Source: an uncultured Prevotellaceae bacterium (GTDB lineage Bacteria > Bacteroidota > Bacteroidia > Bacteroidales > Muribaculaceae). Taken from it: 64,000 nt of DNA. A model generated the notes under the pieces. The model had not been told where the DNA came from. It worked only from the letters and a program-made list of their open reading frames with translations, and searched no databases. The DNA lies in assembly GCA_900541935.1 (NCBI GenBank), contig UQLZ01000001.1, forward strand, positions 19,019 to 83,018. The letters are read 5' to 3'. The position numbers and the translations under genes are program-made. Below, piece after piece: positions 9,802-19,123 of the stretch (position 1 is its first letter; each line of letters starts with the position of its first letter).

Positions 9802-10623
9802 ATGAAAAACTATTTGTTACTGATAGCATTTTTGTCCGTATTGTTAGTTTCATGCGGCAAGGAAGAAAAAAAGGTTGATAATTCTACAAAGTCTGTCTTT
9901 GAAACAATTAGCGAGCGTCACTGCTTTAAAATTAATTTTGCTGACTCAACTTATTATGAGGGACTTGACAGAGAACCTTATTCAGAAATAAAGATGCAAA
10001 TCCTTTGGCCTGAAATGCTTTTGGGCAAGACTCCAGAGCCATTGCAGAAGGAAATACTTGCAATGGCGTTCAGTGATACGATTTCTAATGTTGCCAGTGG
10101 AATAAAGAGTGTTTTGTCAGCACCTATATTCTATGAGGATATTGATGGCGTTACACAGACAGAGGTTGATTCTATTCCGCAGGATTTTTCATCATATCTG
10201 TTTGTAGAAGTTGCACCTGTACACATGGACAATAAGGTTATTTCATACGAAGTAAACACCTCTTCTTATGTTATGGGAGCCGCTCACGGTATGTATTCAT
10301 CACAATATACAAGTTATGATCTAATTAATGGCAAGGTTATAGAGTTGTCAGATTTATTTGTTGACAAGAATAAGTTGTTACCCATTATTAAAGGACAGAT
10401 AGAAGAGCAATATGGAGCAAAGGACAATTGCATAGATTATGACAAGGTGGAAGTTTCTGACAATTTCTATATTGATGGAAATGTTCTGGTTTTCTGTTAT
10501 AATCCATACGATATTGCATGCTATGCGCAAGGAATTGTAAAAGCAGAGGTCCCATTTTTTAATTTGCTTGGTGCGAATAATATAACAGCATATGGACAGA
10601 AGTTGCTGTCATTATGTGAGTAG
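9802..10623 (+). CDS. lipoprotein with DUF4163/DUF3298-like (RsiV/PdaC-like) domains
   Basis: Lipobox LLVSCGKEEKK. Segment ..VISYEVNTSSYVMGAAHGMYSSQYTSYDLINGKVIELSDLF.. is typical of DUF3298. Confidence 0.55.
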   Translation: MKNYLLLIAFLSVLLVSCGKEEKKVDNSTKSVFETISERHCFKINFADSTYYEGLDREPYSEIKMQILWPEMLLGKTPEPLQKEILAMAFSDTISNVASGIKSVLSAPIFYEDIDGVTQTEVDSIPQDFSSYLFVEVAPVHMDNKVISYEVNTSSYVMGAAHGMYSSQYTSYDLINGKVIELSDLFVDKNKLLPIIKGQIEEQYGAKDNCIDYDKVEVSDNFYIDGNVLVFCYNPYDIACYAQGIVKAEVPFFNLLGANNITAYGQKLLSLCE

Positions 10624-10629
10624 TTTCTG

Positions 10630-12414
10630 ATGTTTTATAAGGACAAAATAAGTATATTAGAGCGAAGTTTTCGCGAAAATTATCTCTTGGTCGGAGTATT
10701 CTTGTGCTTCCTTTGGGGAGTAGAGATGCTCCGGCTTCCAGTTTATGGTGCAACATTTATAACGTTGCTAGCGTGTGCTCCTGGAAGTTATGATTTTGTT
10801 GATACCCTTGCCGGTCTGGCAGTTGTCGTTGCCGATGCGTTAGTTCTTTCATTGCCGGCTCTTTTTATTGTCAAGCACAAGTGGATTTTGTTTGTGTTGA
10901 TAGGCTTGTTTGATATTTTTTGCGTCGTTCAGCGGCTTTATGCGGCTGTGTATATGGACTTGATGCCTTTTTCGCATCTGCTACTTTTTGACAATGTCAA
11001 TACAGTGCTGATTGATAGTGCAGTAGGCTTGCTTTCGATAAAAGATTTGCTTGTGTTTATCCCTTTGTTAGCCCTTATTGCAGTTGATTGGAAGTTAAAG
11101 GGTGGAAAACGGTACGGAAAAAAGCCTGTAATCCTCTCTATTGCAGTCGCTTTTGTTGGGTATTTCCTTGCAGGAGTAAATAATGTTTTAGCCATAAGTA
11201 ATGATGATTATTCATTATTACAGCCATATACAACAGTTTATAAGACTCGTGGATATGTTTGTGACAATGGCTTGGTGCCTTATGCTTTATTTTCGTTTGT
11301 TAATGCCGTTCTTCCAGAAAATTTGTCGGAAGAGGAATTAGCAGAGGTTGACAAATTTATTTCAGAGATTCCGAAATATCGTGACAATACTTATTCACAA
11401 GGGGAAAAGAATTTGATAATCGTTGTTGTAGAATCGATGAATTCCTGGCTTTTCAACAGGGAGGTTAATGGAGTGCGTATAATGCCGCATCTTGACAGTC
11501 TAATGCGTTGTGAAGGCACAATTTCCGCGCTTAAGGTGTTTCCACAAGTCAAGGACGGACGCTCAAGTGACGGGCATTTTATCATCAATACAGGGCTATT
11601 GCCTCTCAGCTCTGGATCTGTTGCAACTTCGTATTGCCATCCATATCCGTCGTTGGCGAAAGCGCTGAAGTCAAAAGGATATGCTTCTTTTAATATGGTT
11701 TGTGATGACCGCTTAGCGTGGAATCAGGAAAAACTAAGTTATGCTCTTGGGTTTGATACTATTTATGACAGCACTATTGGCGGAAAAAGGCTTGATGCAA
11801 TTTCAGATGGCGAAATGCTTGGAAATGCTGTGCAAAAGTTAAAGGCAATGCCTCAACCGTTTTTTGCACAGTTGGTAACAATTTCTACTCACCAGCCAGG
11901 GTACAAGACGGAAAAGCCAACAGCCCTTTCTGAGTATAAGATTCAGACAGACCGAGTTATAAATGCTCTTGAAAATTTTCACACACTTGATAGTCAGTTG
12001 TGGAATTTTGTAGAAGAATTAAAGATTAACGGGCTTTATGATAATTCTATAATAATCATTGTTTCAGACCATAATGATGTCAATTATAATGAATTTGCAG
12101 GCATTCCTGAGCATGTTCCGGAAGATACTTATTGCTCGTTTATTGCTTTGAATACTAATTTAAGCAAGTCGCTTGAGAATGTGTATGGGCAGGTAGATAT
12201 TTATCCTACACTTCTTGATCTTATGGGTCTCAATGATTATTGCTGGAAAGGTTTGGGCTACAGTATGCTTAGGGAAGTGCAGCCTAATGTTGCGGCTTAT
12301 TGTGACGGAACGTTTGCCGGAGATTCCCAATCTCCATTTGTGGAGCGATGTAAGCGAGCATGGGATATTTCTTCAATGATAATCAAGGGGAATGTAATCC
12401 CAGCAGGTTGTTAG
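10630..12414 (+). CDS. LTA-synthase/sulfatase-family membrane protein (phosphoglycerol or phosphoethanolamine transferase-like)
   Basis: N-terminal multi-TM region followed by an alkaline-phosphatase-superfamily domain (NLIIVVVESMNSW.., STHQPGY, IIIVSDHND). Confidence 0.7.
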   Translation: MFYKDKISILERSFRENYLLVGVFLCFLWGVEMLRLPVYGATFITLLACAPGSYDFVDTLAGLAVVVADALVLSLPALFIVKHKWILFVLIGLFDIFCVVQRLYAAVYMDLMPFSHLLLFDNVNTVLIDSAVGLLSIKDLLVFIPLLALIAVDWKLKGGKRYGKKPVILSIAVAFVGYFLAGVNNVLAISNDDYSLLQPYTTVYKTRGYVCDNGLVPYALFSFVNAVLPENLSEEELAEVDKFISEIPKYRDNTYSQGEKNLIIVVVESMNSWLFNREVNGVRIMPHLDSLMRCEGTISALKVFPQVKDGRSSDGHFIINTGLLPLSSGSVATSYCHPYPSLAKALKSKGYASFNMVCDDRLAWNQEKLSYALGFDTIYDSTIGGKRLDAISDGEMLGNAVQKLKAMPQPFFAQLVTISTHQPGYKTEKPTALSEYKIQTDRVINALENFHTLDSQLWNFVEELKINGLYDNSIIIIVSDHNDVNYNEFAGIPEHVPEDTYCSFIALNTNLSKSLENVYGQVDIYPTLLDLMGLNDYCWKGLGYSMLREVQPNVAAYCDGTFAGDSQSPFVERCKRAWDISSMIIKGNVIPAGC

Positions 12415-12603
12415 TGCTATATTAGCATTTTTTACAAAGTCTAAGGCTTGTTCTATTTTTTTGATAATACATTGTAATTTAGGGGGATTATAATTTATTG
12501 TTTGCAGAATTCGGTAATTTGGCATTTTTGTTTTGATGATTTTGTGGGAATGAGTTTCCGTTATATCTGGATTTTGCATTTTATCAATTATAACGCATCT
12601 AAA

Positions 12604-12640
12604 AGGGGTTGCATCAAAAATTAAATTTGACACAACCCCT
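12604..12640 (-). terminator. rho-independent terminator for the RND efflux operon
   Basis: AGGGGTTG..CAACCCCT 8-bp stem plus a 5-bp extension, 7-nt loop. Followed by TTTT on the minus strand (12600-12603), 28 nt downstream of the P-II-like gene stop. Confidence 0.55.
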
Positions 12641-12667
12641 CTCGGTTATTAAAAGTTTTGCAAATTC

Positions 12668-12961
12668 TTATATTGCTTGTTCTATGTTCCAGACGAATGC
12701 TCTAAGTCCGAGTTGTGGGCTTTGCTCGTCGAGTTTCTTCAGTTCTCCGAGAAGCGGTTTCACCTTTTCATCGTCAACAACAGTAATGTATGCACTGTTA
12801 AGCGTAGGCCATGCGTGTGACCCCAAGTGCGGTTCTCCTGTTTTGCTTCCAGCACCGATAAGTGTGTCCCAACCTGTGTAACCTTTGATATTCAGGTGCA
12901 TAAATATGGTGTTAATATCCTCAAGGTGAGCCTGATTGAATGAAATGAGTATTGCTTTCAT
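12668..12961 (-). CDS. small P-II-like (GlnB-like superfamily, possibly DUF3240-type) protein, last gene of the RND efflux operon
   Basis: 97 aa, soluble, with TGW and GAGSKTGEPHLG segments. Immediately follows the RND pump with a 2-nt gap. I recall family membership from efflux-operon context. Confidence 0.4.
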   Translation of the reverse strand: MKAILISFNQAHLEDINTIFMHLNIKGYTGWDTLIGAGSKTGEPHLGSHAWPTLNSAYITVVDDEKVKPLLGELKKLDEQSPQLGLRAFVWNIEQAI

Positions 12962-12962
12962 C

Positions 12963-15900
12963 TTAATTTTCGTTTTGCAATTTTTTCAATTCTTTTTTTC
13001 TTTTTCTTCTGATGCCGTTAGCGGCAAAAGCGCCATAAAGAGTAGGAATTATAATAAGAGTAATTAAAGTTGAGAATGAAAGACCGAACGCCACTGACAT
13101 ACCAAGCGGTTTCCACATCTCAGAACCTTCACCAGCACCCATTGCCATAGGCACCATACCGAAAACAGTAGTAAGGGTTGTCATAAGGATTGGGCGAAGA
13201 CGAGATTTTCCAGATGTAACGACTGCATGAGTCAGACCAAGGCCTCTTTCACGACAAAGCATAATGTAGTCGATAAGCACGATACCATTGTTAACCACAA
13301 TACCAACAAGCATTAGAACGCCGAGAATTGCCATGACACTCATTGGAGTTCCAGTTACAAATAGACCGATAAGCACACCTGTCACTGCAAATGGAATTGA
13401 GAACATGATTACGAATGGATATGTAAGAGACTCAAATTGAGAAGCCATGATAATGAATACCATAATTATAATCAATAACAACAGGATACCCATGTCGAAG
13501 AAAGTGTCAGACTGGTCTTCGAAAGTACCGCCATATTGCCAAGAGAAACCAGTAGGAGCAGGATTGTCTGCAAGAATCTTATTAGCGGCAGTTATAACGT
13601 CACTCATAGCGAATCCGTGGGCTACAATACATTTAACGGTAATAAGTCTTTGTCTGTCCTTACGTTCGATAGTAGGAGGCGTTTCAGATTCAACAACCTG
13701 TCCGAGGTCACGAATTTTGATACCTTTCCCTGCTGCGTTGTAGATTGTTATGTTCTCAATATCTTCAACAGTTTCTCTAAATTGGCGGTCATATCTAACG
13801 CGAATGTCGTATTCCTCACCGTCTTCACGGAAATAAGAAGAAACATTACCATTGATTCTGTTTCTAAGGAATGCGGCTGCTGTTGACATGTTCAAGCCGT
13901 TTAGAGCAAGTTTCTCGCGGTCAAAGTCCACTCGGTATTCAGGAGTGTATTCGTCGCGGCTGATGTTGACTTGAGAGCACCCTTCGTATTTTTTCATTGC
14001 GTCGGCAATTAGAGCGGCGTATTTGTCACCTTCATTAAAGTCGTAACCATATATTTCAATGTCAACAGCGGCTTCACCACCGATACCGCCACCGCCACCA
14101 CCGGCAGAAACGTTGAAAGTTCTGATTTCTGGGTATTGCTCAAGGTCAAGACGCATTTCATCACAAATCTGGTTTAGTGATTTCTCTCGTTTTGAAGAGG
14201 TTGTTGTCTTGATATTGAAAGAAAGGATATTGTTACCATTATCCTGCAAGTTGCCGAATACGTTATCCTCACCTGCTTGACCTTCCTGGAAATTGATATT
14301 CAGTATTTCCGGGTATTTTTCCTTGAATTGCTTAACAATTCGGAAACCCAGGTCACGTGTAATTTCCTGTCTCGTTCCTGTAGGGAGATTTATTTTAACA
14401 GAAATTCTCGCATTATCTTGTGAAGGGAAGAATTCAGTCTTAATGAATGGCATAAGAATGAATAGGGAGCCTACAAATAGTGCCAGCATCGATGTAATTG
14501 TTGTTTTCCTGTGTTTAATACACCAGTGTAACAATTTTCCGTATGCAACAGTCATACCTTTTAGGAATTTGTCGAAAGGAACAAATATAATTTTCTGGAA
14601 GGTGTTTTGCTTAGTGCTTAGTTTTAGCATAAGAGCACAAAGTGTAGGAGTCAAAGTGATAGCACCAATTGTTGATACAGTCAAGATAATTGTTACCATC
14701 CAACCTAACTGTCGGAACATAATGCCTGTAATGCCTTCCACCATAGTTAATGGGAGGAATACAGCAATAGTTGTTAAAGTTGAGGCAATAACCGAAATGG
14801 CAACTTCGTTAGTCGCAAACATGGCAGCCTGGCGGGGGCGACTACCTCTTTCGATGTGAGTTGTGATATTTTCAAGTACCACAATTGCATTATCGACAAC
14901 CATACCAATTGCAATAGACAATGCACTCATTGAAATAATGTTCAGGGTATTGCCCGTTGCGAGAAGATAAATCAAAGCGGCAAGCAAAGAAATAGGAATT
15001 GTCAGTACGACAACGAATGTTGCTCTCCATCTTCCAAGGAACATCAAAACAACGAAACTTACAATTAAAAGAGTTGTTAAGATGGTGTCTTGCAAAGAGT
15101 TGATTGTCAAAATGATATTTTCTGATGTGTCAACAATAGGAGTAATCTTGATGTCAGAAGGCAATGTTTTCTCAATTTCTGCAAGTTTTTTGTTGACTGC
15201 TTTTACGATGTTAACAGAGTTTGCGCCTGATTGCTTCTGGATGACAAGCATACCACCTCTCTCACCATTAGTGAAAGATTCTTGCATTCTTTCTTGAGCA
15301 CCGTCGAAAACTCTTGCAACGTCGCGAAGATATACAGGAACTCCATTTGATGTTCCAACAACAAGGTCAAGAAGTTCGTTTGTATTTTTAAATTCCTTTT
15401 GTACTCTTAAAGAATATACATTAGAGCCAACGTCGAAAGAGCCGGCAGGTATGTTTTTGTTTTCAGCACTGATAACGGAACCTATATTCTCGATTGTTAT
15501 ACCGTATGCTTCCAGTTTCAGCGGGTCACAGTAAACTTGAATTTCACGTTCTGGCAATCCGGCAATTGATACTGTACCAACACCGGAAACTCGTGCGAGA
15601 GGAGTTGCAACCTGGTCGTCAAGTATTTTGTAAAGGCCAGAGAATGACTCTTTTGCAGTTACTGAAAGCATCAAAATAGGGATATCTTCAGTACCGAACT
15701 TGAAAAGGATTGGAGTACTTGCACCGTCAGGGAGTGTTGTTGCCCTATCGAGTTTGTCGCGAACGTCGTTTGTCGCAACGTCAATGTCTGTACCGTACTC
15801 GAATTGAAGAGTTACGATTGAAATACCCTCGCGAGATTTAGAAGTAACGTGCTTTAGGTCAGAAACACCATTAAGAACGTTTTCAAGAGGACGTGTGATA

Positions 15901-16085
15901 TTCGTTTCAATGTCTTCCGCACTTGCACCGGAATAAGAGGTCATAACCATAATGTTGTTGGTTTCTATTTCCGGTAGAAGGTCTATTGAAAGACGAGTTA
16001 GAGAGAATAGGCCGAATATGGCTATCCCGAGGAATATCAATATTGTTGTGATCGGTCGCTTGACCGCTGCTTGATATATGCTCAT
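12963..16085 (-). CDS. efflux RND transporter permease subunit (AcrB/CzcA/CusA superfamily)
   Basis: 1040 aa with 12-TM RND architecture and two large periplasmic loops. The second loop carries a glycine-rich insert, SAGGGGGGIGGEAAV. Confidence 0.9.
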   Translation of the reverse strand: MSIYQAAVKRPITTILIFLGIAIFGLFSLTRLSIDLLPEIETNNIMVMTSYSGASAEDIETNITRPLENVLNGVSDLKHVTSKSREGISIVTLQFEYGTDIDVATNDVRDKLDRATTLPDGASTPILFKFGTEDIPILMLSVTAKESFSGLYKILDDQVATPLARVSGVGTVSIAGLPEREIQVYCDPLKLEAYGITIENIGSVISAENKNIPAGSFDVGSNVYSLRVQKEFKNTNELLDLVVGTSNGVPVYLRDVARVFDGAQERMQESFTNGERGGMLVIQKQSGANSVNIVKAVNKKLAEIEKTLPSDIKITPIVDTSENIILTINSLQDTILTTLLIVSFVVLMFLGRWRATFVVVLTIPISLLAALIYLLATGNTLNIISMSALSIAIGMVVDNAIVVLENITTHIERGSRPRQAAMFATNEVAISVIASTLTTIAVFLPLTMVEGITGIMFRQLGWMVTIILTVSTIGAITLTPTLCALMLKLSTKQNTFQKIIFVPFDKFLKGMTVAYGKLLHWCIKHRKTTITSMLALFVGSLFILMPFIKTEFFPSQDNARISVKINLPTGTRQEITRDLGFRIVKQFKEKYPEILNINFQEGQAGEDNVFGNLQDNGNNILSFNIKTTTSSKREKSLNQICDEMRLDLEQYPEIRTFNVSAGGGGGGIGGEAAVDIEIYGYDFNEGDKYAALIADAMKKYEGCSQVNISRDEYTPEYRVDFDREKLALNGLNMSTAAAFLRNRINGNVSSYFREDGEEYDIRVRYDRQFRETVEDIENITIYNAAGKGIKIRDLGQVVESETPPTIERKDRQRLITVKCIVAHGFAMSDVITAANKILADNPAPTGFSWQYGGTFEDQSDTFFDMGILLLLIIIMVFIIMASQFESLTYPFVIMFSIPFAVTGVLIGLFVTGTPMSVMAILGVLMLVGIVVNNGIVLIDYIMLCRERGLGLTHAVVTSGKSRLRPILMTTLTTVFGMVPMAMGAGEGSEMWKPLGMSVAFGLSFSTLITLIIIPTLYGAFAANGIRRKRKKELKKLQNEN

Positions 16086-16087
16086 TT

Positions 16088-17143
16088 TTATTTGTTTTCA
16101 GTCTGTTTTTTGCTATCAATGATTTGAACTTTAGCACCGTCTTTTAGACGAGTCTGCCCTGTAATAACAACAGTTTCGCCAGCATTCAATCCGCTAATTA
16201 TCTCAAATTCATTTCCGAAACGGTCTCCTAATTCAACTTTCCTGTATTCAGCCTTACCGTCAACGATAACGAAAACGTATCTGTCGCCAGAGCCGGTAAG
16301 TTTCTTGATGCAGCGGTCTGCAACAAGTATTTTCTTTGATTTGGCTTGGTTTATGGTCACTCTTGCAAACATACCTGGTCTAACTCTTTCATTTGTGTTG
16401 TCAACTCTAAGTTCAACAGGGAATGTTCTTGTTGCAGGGTCAATTGTAGGGTAAATCAAATGTACCTTTGCCTTGAAAGTTTCGTTGCCGTAAACGTCAA
16501 GTTTGAAGTTTACGTCCATTCCTTTCTTTATTGTTGTAAACATTGATTCAGAGACGTTTACGATTAGTTTTACCGGTCTGATTTTCTCTATTGTGTAAAG
16601 AGGTGTGCCAGCAGAGTACATATCTCCTGAGTCGTAGTTTCTTTTAGTTACTATACCGCTTATCGGGCTTAGTAAAGTTGTGTTTTCAACAATGTTGTTA
16701 TAGTTTCTTTTTGATACGTCGAGGGCGAGTTTTTTAGAATCCCATTCGGATTTTGAAGTTCCCCCTATTTTGTATAGTTCATCCACTCTGTTGAATTCTA
16801 TCTGGTTGTTTTCCATTTGGAGTTTTGCTTGAACAAGCGAAACGTCATCCATCTCGGCAAGTTTCTGACCTGCTTTAACATGGTCACCCACTTCAACGTA
16901 CACTTTTTTGATTCTGCCAGAAGATTGTGGTGCAATGTTATTTGTTATTTCAGCCTCTACAGTGCCAGTGAAAGTGTTGGAGCCTTCGAGTTCCCGTTCA
17001 ACGGATTGAACAACTTCTACTTTAGTGGCTTCTTCTTTTACCTCCGTGTTTTGTTCTTCATTTTTGGAGCATGCTGTTAGCATTAAGGTAGAGATAATAG
17101 CCACAGATGCGCTGAATTTCAGTTTGTTATGTATTCTTTTCAT
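16088..17143 (-). CDS. efflux RND transporter periplasmic adaptor subunit (lipoprotein)
   Basis: Lipobox LMLTACSKNEE. Biotinyl-lipoyl/HlyD-like pattern. Lies between the TolC and RND genes. Confidence 0.85.
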   Translation of the reverse strand: MKRIHNKLKFSASVAIISTLMLTACSKNEEQNTEVKEEATKVEVVQSVERELEGSNTFTGTVEAEITNNIAPQSSGRIKKVYVEVGDHVKAGQKLAEMDDVSLVQAKLQMENNQIEFNRVDELYKIGGTSKSEWDSKKLALDVSKRNYNNIVENTTLLSPISGIVTKRNYDSGDMYSAGTPLYTIEKIRPVKLIVNVSESMFTTIKKGMDVNFKLDVYGNETFKAKVHLIYPTIDPATRTFPVELRVDNTNERVRPGMFARVTINQAKSKKILVADRCIKKLTGSGDRYVFVIVDGKAEYRKVELGDRFGNEFEIISGLNAGETVVITGQTRLKDGAKVQIIDSKKQTENK

Positions 17144-17157
17144 ATTGAGTGGTTTTT

Positions 17158-18579
17158 TTATTCGTTAATAGAGGTTTCATCATATCCCATTGTTTCTTCG
17201 AGAGAAGCCTTTGCAGAAAGGAAGTTGAAAATTGCTTGGTTTGCTTGAAGTTTAGCCCTTGTGAGAGCCAGACGAGAGTCGTCCATTTCGAGGATAGTTC
17301 CTGCTCCTGTGTCATATCGTTTTACAGCAATGTCGTATCCTTTCTGTGCCTGTGCGATACCGGCACGGGCAACATTATGAGATTTTATAGATGTTCTCAT
17401 CTTGTCGGTATAGTTTTTGACAGCGACCATAAGGTTTCGTTCAACGTCGTATTTGTTGAGTTCTATTTCTTCCATATCTATTTTCGCCTGTTTTAGGGCA
17501 GAAAAGCGTTTTCCGCTAGAGAAGATAGGAATTTTTAGGCTTAGTGCTACCATTGAGTACGGGTCCCACTGATAATTTTTGAATTTGAAGTCTTCCGACA
17601 TGGCGTTCCATTTATAGGATATAGATAGTCCGAGGGTAGGGTAGTATTCAGCTTGAGCAGCGTCTTTTGTCTTTTTTAGCATCTTTCTCTGGATGTTAAG
17701 TTGCCTTAAAGAACTGTTGCTGGCAATCAGTGTTGTGTCGATTGTCATATACACTTCTTCCAGTCTGTTTTTATAGTCATGCAGGCTTTCAGTGCATTCT
17801 ATTTTTGTGTCAAGGTTGATTCCCATCAAGGCTTTTAGTTGCCATTTTGCAAGAGCAATAGCGTTTTCTGCTTCGTAAAGGCTTGGTTCAATGTTTTTTA
17901 CAGCAACGTCTGCTCTGATTTTATCGTATTCTGAAACAATGCCTTGGTCAAATTTATTGCTAATGTCAACATAGTTGTTATATGCATTTTGGTATGTTTC
18001 TTTGTACACGTCGTAAGAGTCGTTAGCAAGCATGACTGTGTAGTATGCTTGTTTGACGTTGTTGATGAGTGTAACTTTGGATTGTCGAGATTGCTCAACT
18101 GCGAGTTCAACATTGTCGGCAGTAATGCTTAACTGCTTCCATAGTTGAGGAGCGATAATCGGCATTGAGGCAGAGAAACCAAGAGACCAAGTGTTGTTTC
18201 TACCAACGGCGATACCAGTGTTTTTTGAAGGTTTCTGCTGTTGTTCGGAGTTTTCGCCACCTAGTCCAGGCATTGAGCCACTCATATACATTACTTGCTT
18301 TTTGATTGTTCTGCTGTAGTCAGCACCGAAGTCGATTTGCGGGAACAGAGAGGCGAGTACTCCTTTCCTTGAATATTCCACTTTCTTAACTTCGTGGTTT
18401 GCGATTTTTACAGACGGGCTTTCCGCTAAAGCGATTTCGAGGGCCTTGTTTAGGGTAAGGTCCAAATTCATGCTATCTTTGGGAATAGCAGGGGTGTCGA
18501 GTTGCTGTGCTTTTCCAATAGCCGTTAGCAAGATTATTGCTACTGCCAAAAGAAATTTTCGGGCAATTGTAGTTGTCAT
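17158..18579 (-). CDS. TolC-family outer-membrane efflux protein
   Basis: 473 aa with signal peptide and two repeated halves of long helices. First gene of the TolC-adaptor-RND operon. Confidence 0.85.
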   Translation of the reverse strand: MTTTIARKFLLAVAIILLTAIGKAQQLDTPAIPKDSMNLDLTLNKALEIALAESPSVKIANHEVKKVEYSRKGVLASLFPQIDFGADYSRTIKKQVMYMSGSMPGLGGENSEQQQKPSKNTGIAVGRNNTWSLGFSASMPIIAPQLWKQLSITADNVELAVEQSRQSKVTLINNVKQAYYTVMLANDSYDVYKETYQNAYNNYVDISNKFDQGIVSEYDKIRADVAVKNIEPSLYEAENAIALAKWQLKALMGINLDTKIECTESLHDYKNRLEEVYMTIDTTLIASNSSLRQLNIQRKMLKKTKDAAQAEYYPTLGLSISYKWNAMSEDFKFKNYQWDPYSMVALSLKIPIFSSGKRFSALKQAKIDMEEIELNKYDVERNLMVAVKNYTDKMRTSIKSHNVARAGIAQAQKGYDIAVKRYDTGAGTILEMDDSRLALTRAKLQANQAIFNFLSAKASLEETMGYDETSINE

Positions 18580-18642
18580 ATCCTTAGTCCTTGAGTTAAT
18601 ACAATAAAAAAAGCGACCAACCGTGTTGATTGATCGCTTGAG

Positions 18643-18717
18643 TGGGCGTTGACGGATTCGAACCGCCGACCCTCTGCTTGTAAGGCAGATGCTCTGAACC
18701 AGCTGAGCTAAACGCCC
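18643..18717 (-). tRNA. tRNA-Val (anticodon TAC)
   Basis: Reverse complement GGGCGTTTAGCTCAGCTGGTTCAGAGCATCTGCCTTACAAGCAGAGGGTCGGCGGTTCGAATCCGTCAACGCCCA. Acceptor stem 7/7 bp; D, anticodon (CT-TAC-AA) and T arms all fold. Confidence 0.9.
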
Positions 18718-19123
18718 TTTAGTTTTCTAAAGCGATGCAAAGGTACGCCAATTTTTTTAATTTGCAAACTTTTTCGCAAAAAAAATTTTTAGAAAAGTGA
18801 TTTTTGGCGATTTTTTTACCCTTTTCAACTTGCTGGGTACAAATTTATAATAGGTGTAGTATATAGAATATGATATTTATCATATATTTTTTTAGGTTTA
18901 CAAAAAATTGAGAATATTAACTTTTGTAATGAAAATATGGATATTAGGTAAGGAAAAATGAATGCAATGAAAAATAATGTTTTTTACTGCATTGAAGTCA
19001 GTGTATTTATAATTTTTTTGTATAGTTATGGCTCTGTTATAAAATATTTTAAATTTTAGATTCACTTTTTTAGAGTTGAGGGCAAAGTGCTATCTTTACC
19101 GTCAAATAAACTATAATAAAACT

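Noticed and set aside
12373-12633. 86-aa ORF on the minus strand in the sulfatase / P-II intergenic region
   Set aside because: AT-rich and low-complexity. It overlaps the terminator hairpin and the 3' end of the LTA-synthase gene. No motif.
14059-14110. Poly-G/C run as a CRISPR or repeat element
   Set aside because: It encodes the GGGGGG glycine insert of the RND pump (minus strand). No spacer-repeat periodicity anywhere in the window.
13447-14859. Several plus-strand ORFs (98-188 aa) inside the RND pump gene
   Set aside because: They are antisense to a strongly supported 1040-aa gene. Translations are low-complexity.
18720-19075. Mobile-element insertion next to tRNA-Val
   Set aside because: No integrase or transposase, and no direct repeat of the tRNA 3' end. 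The 350-bp AT-rich spacer looks like an ordinary Bacteroidetes promoter region.
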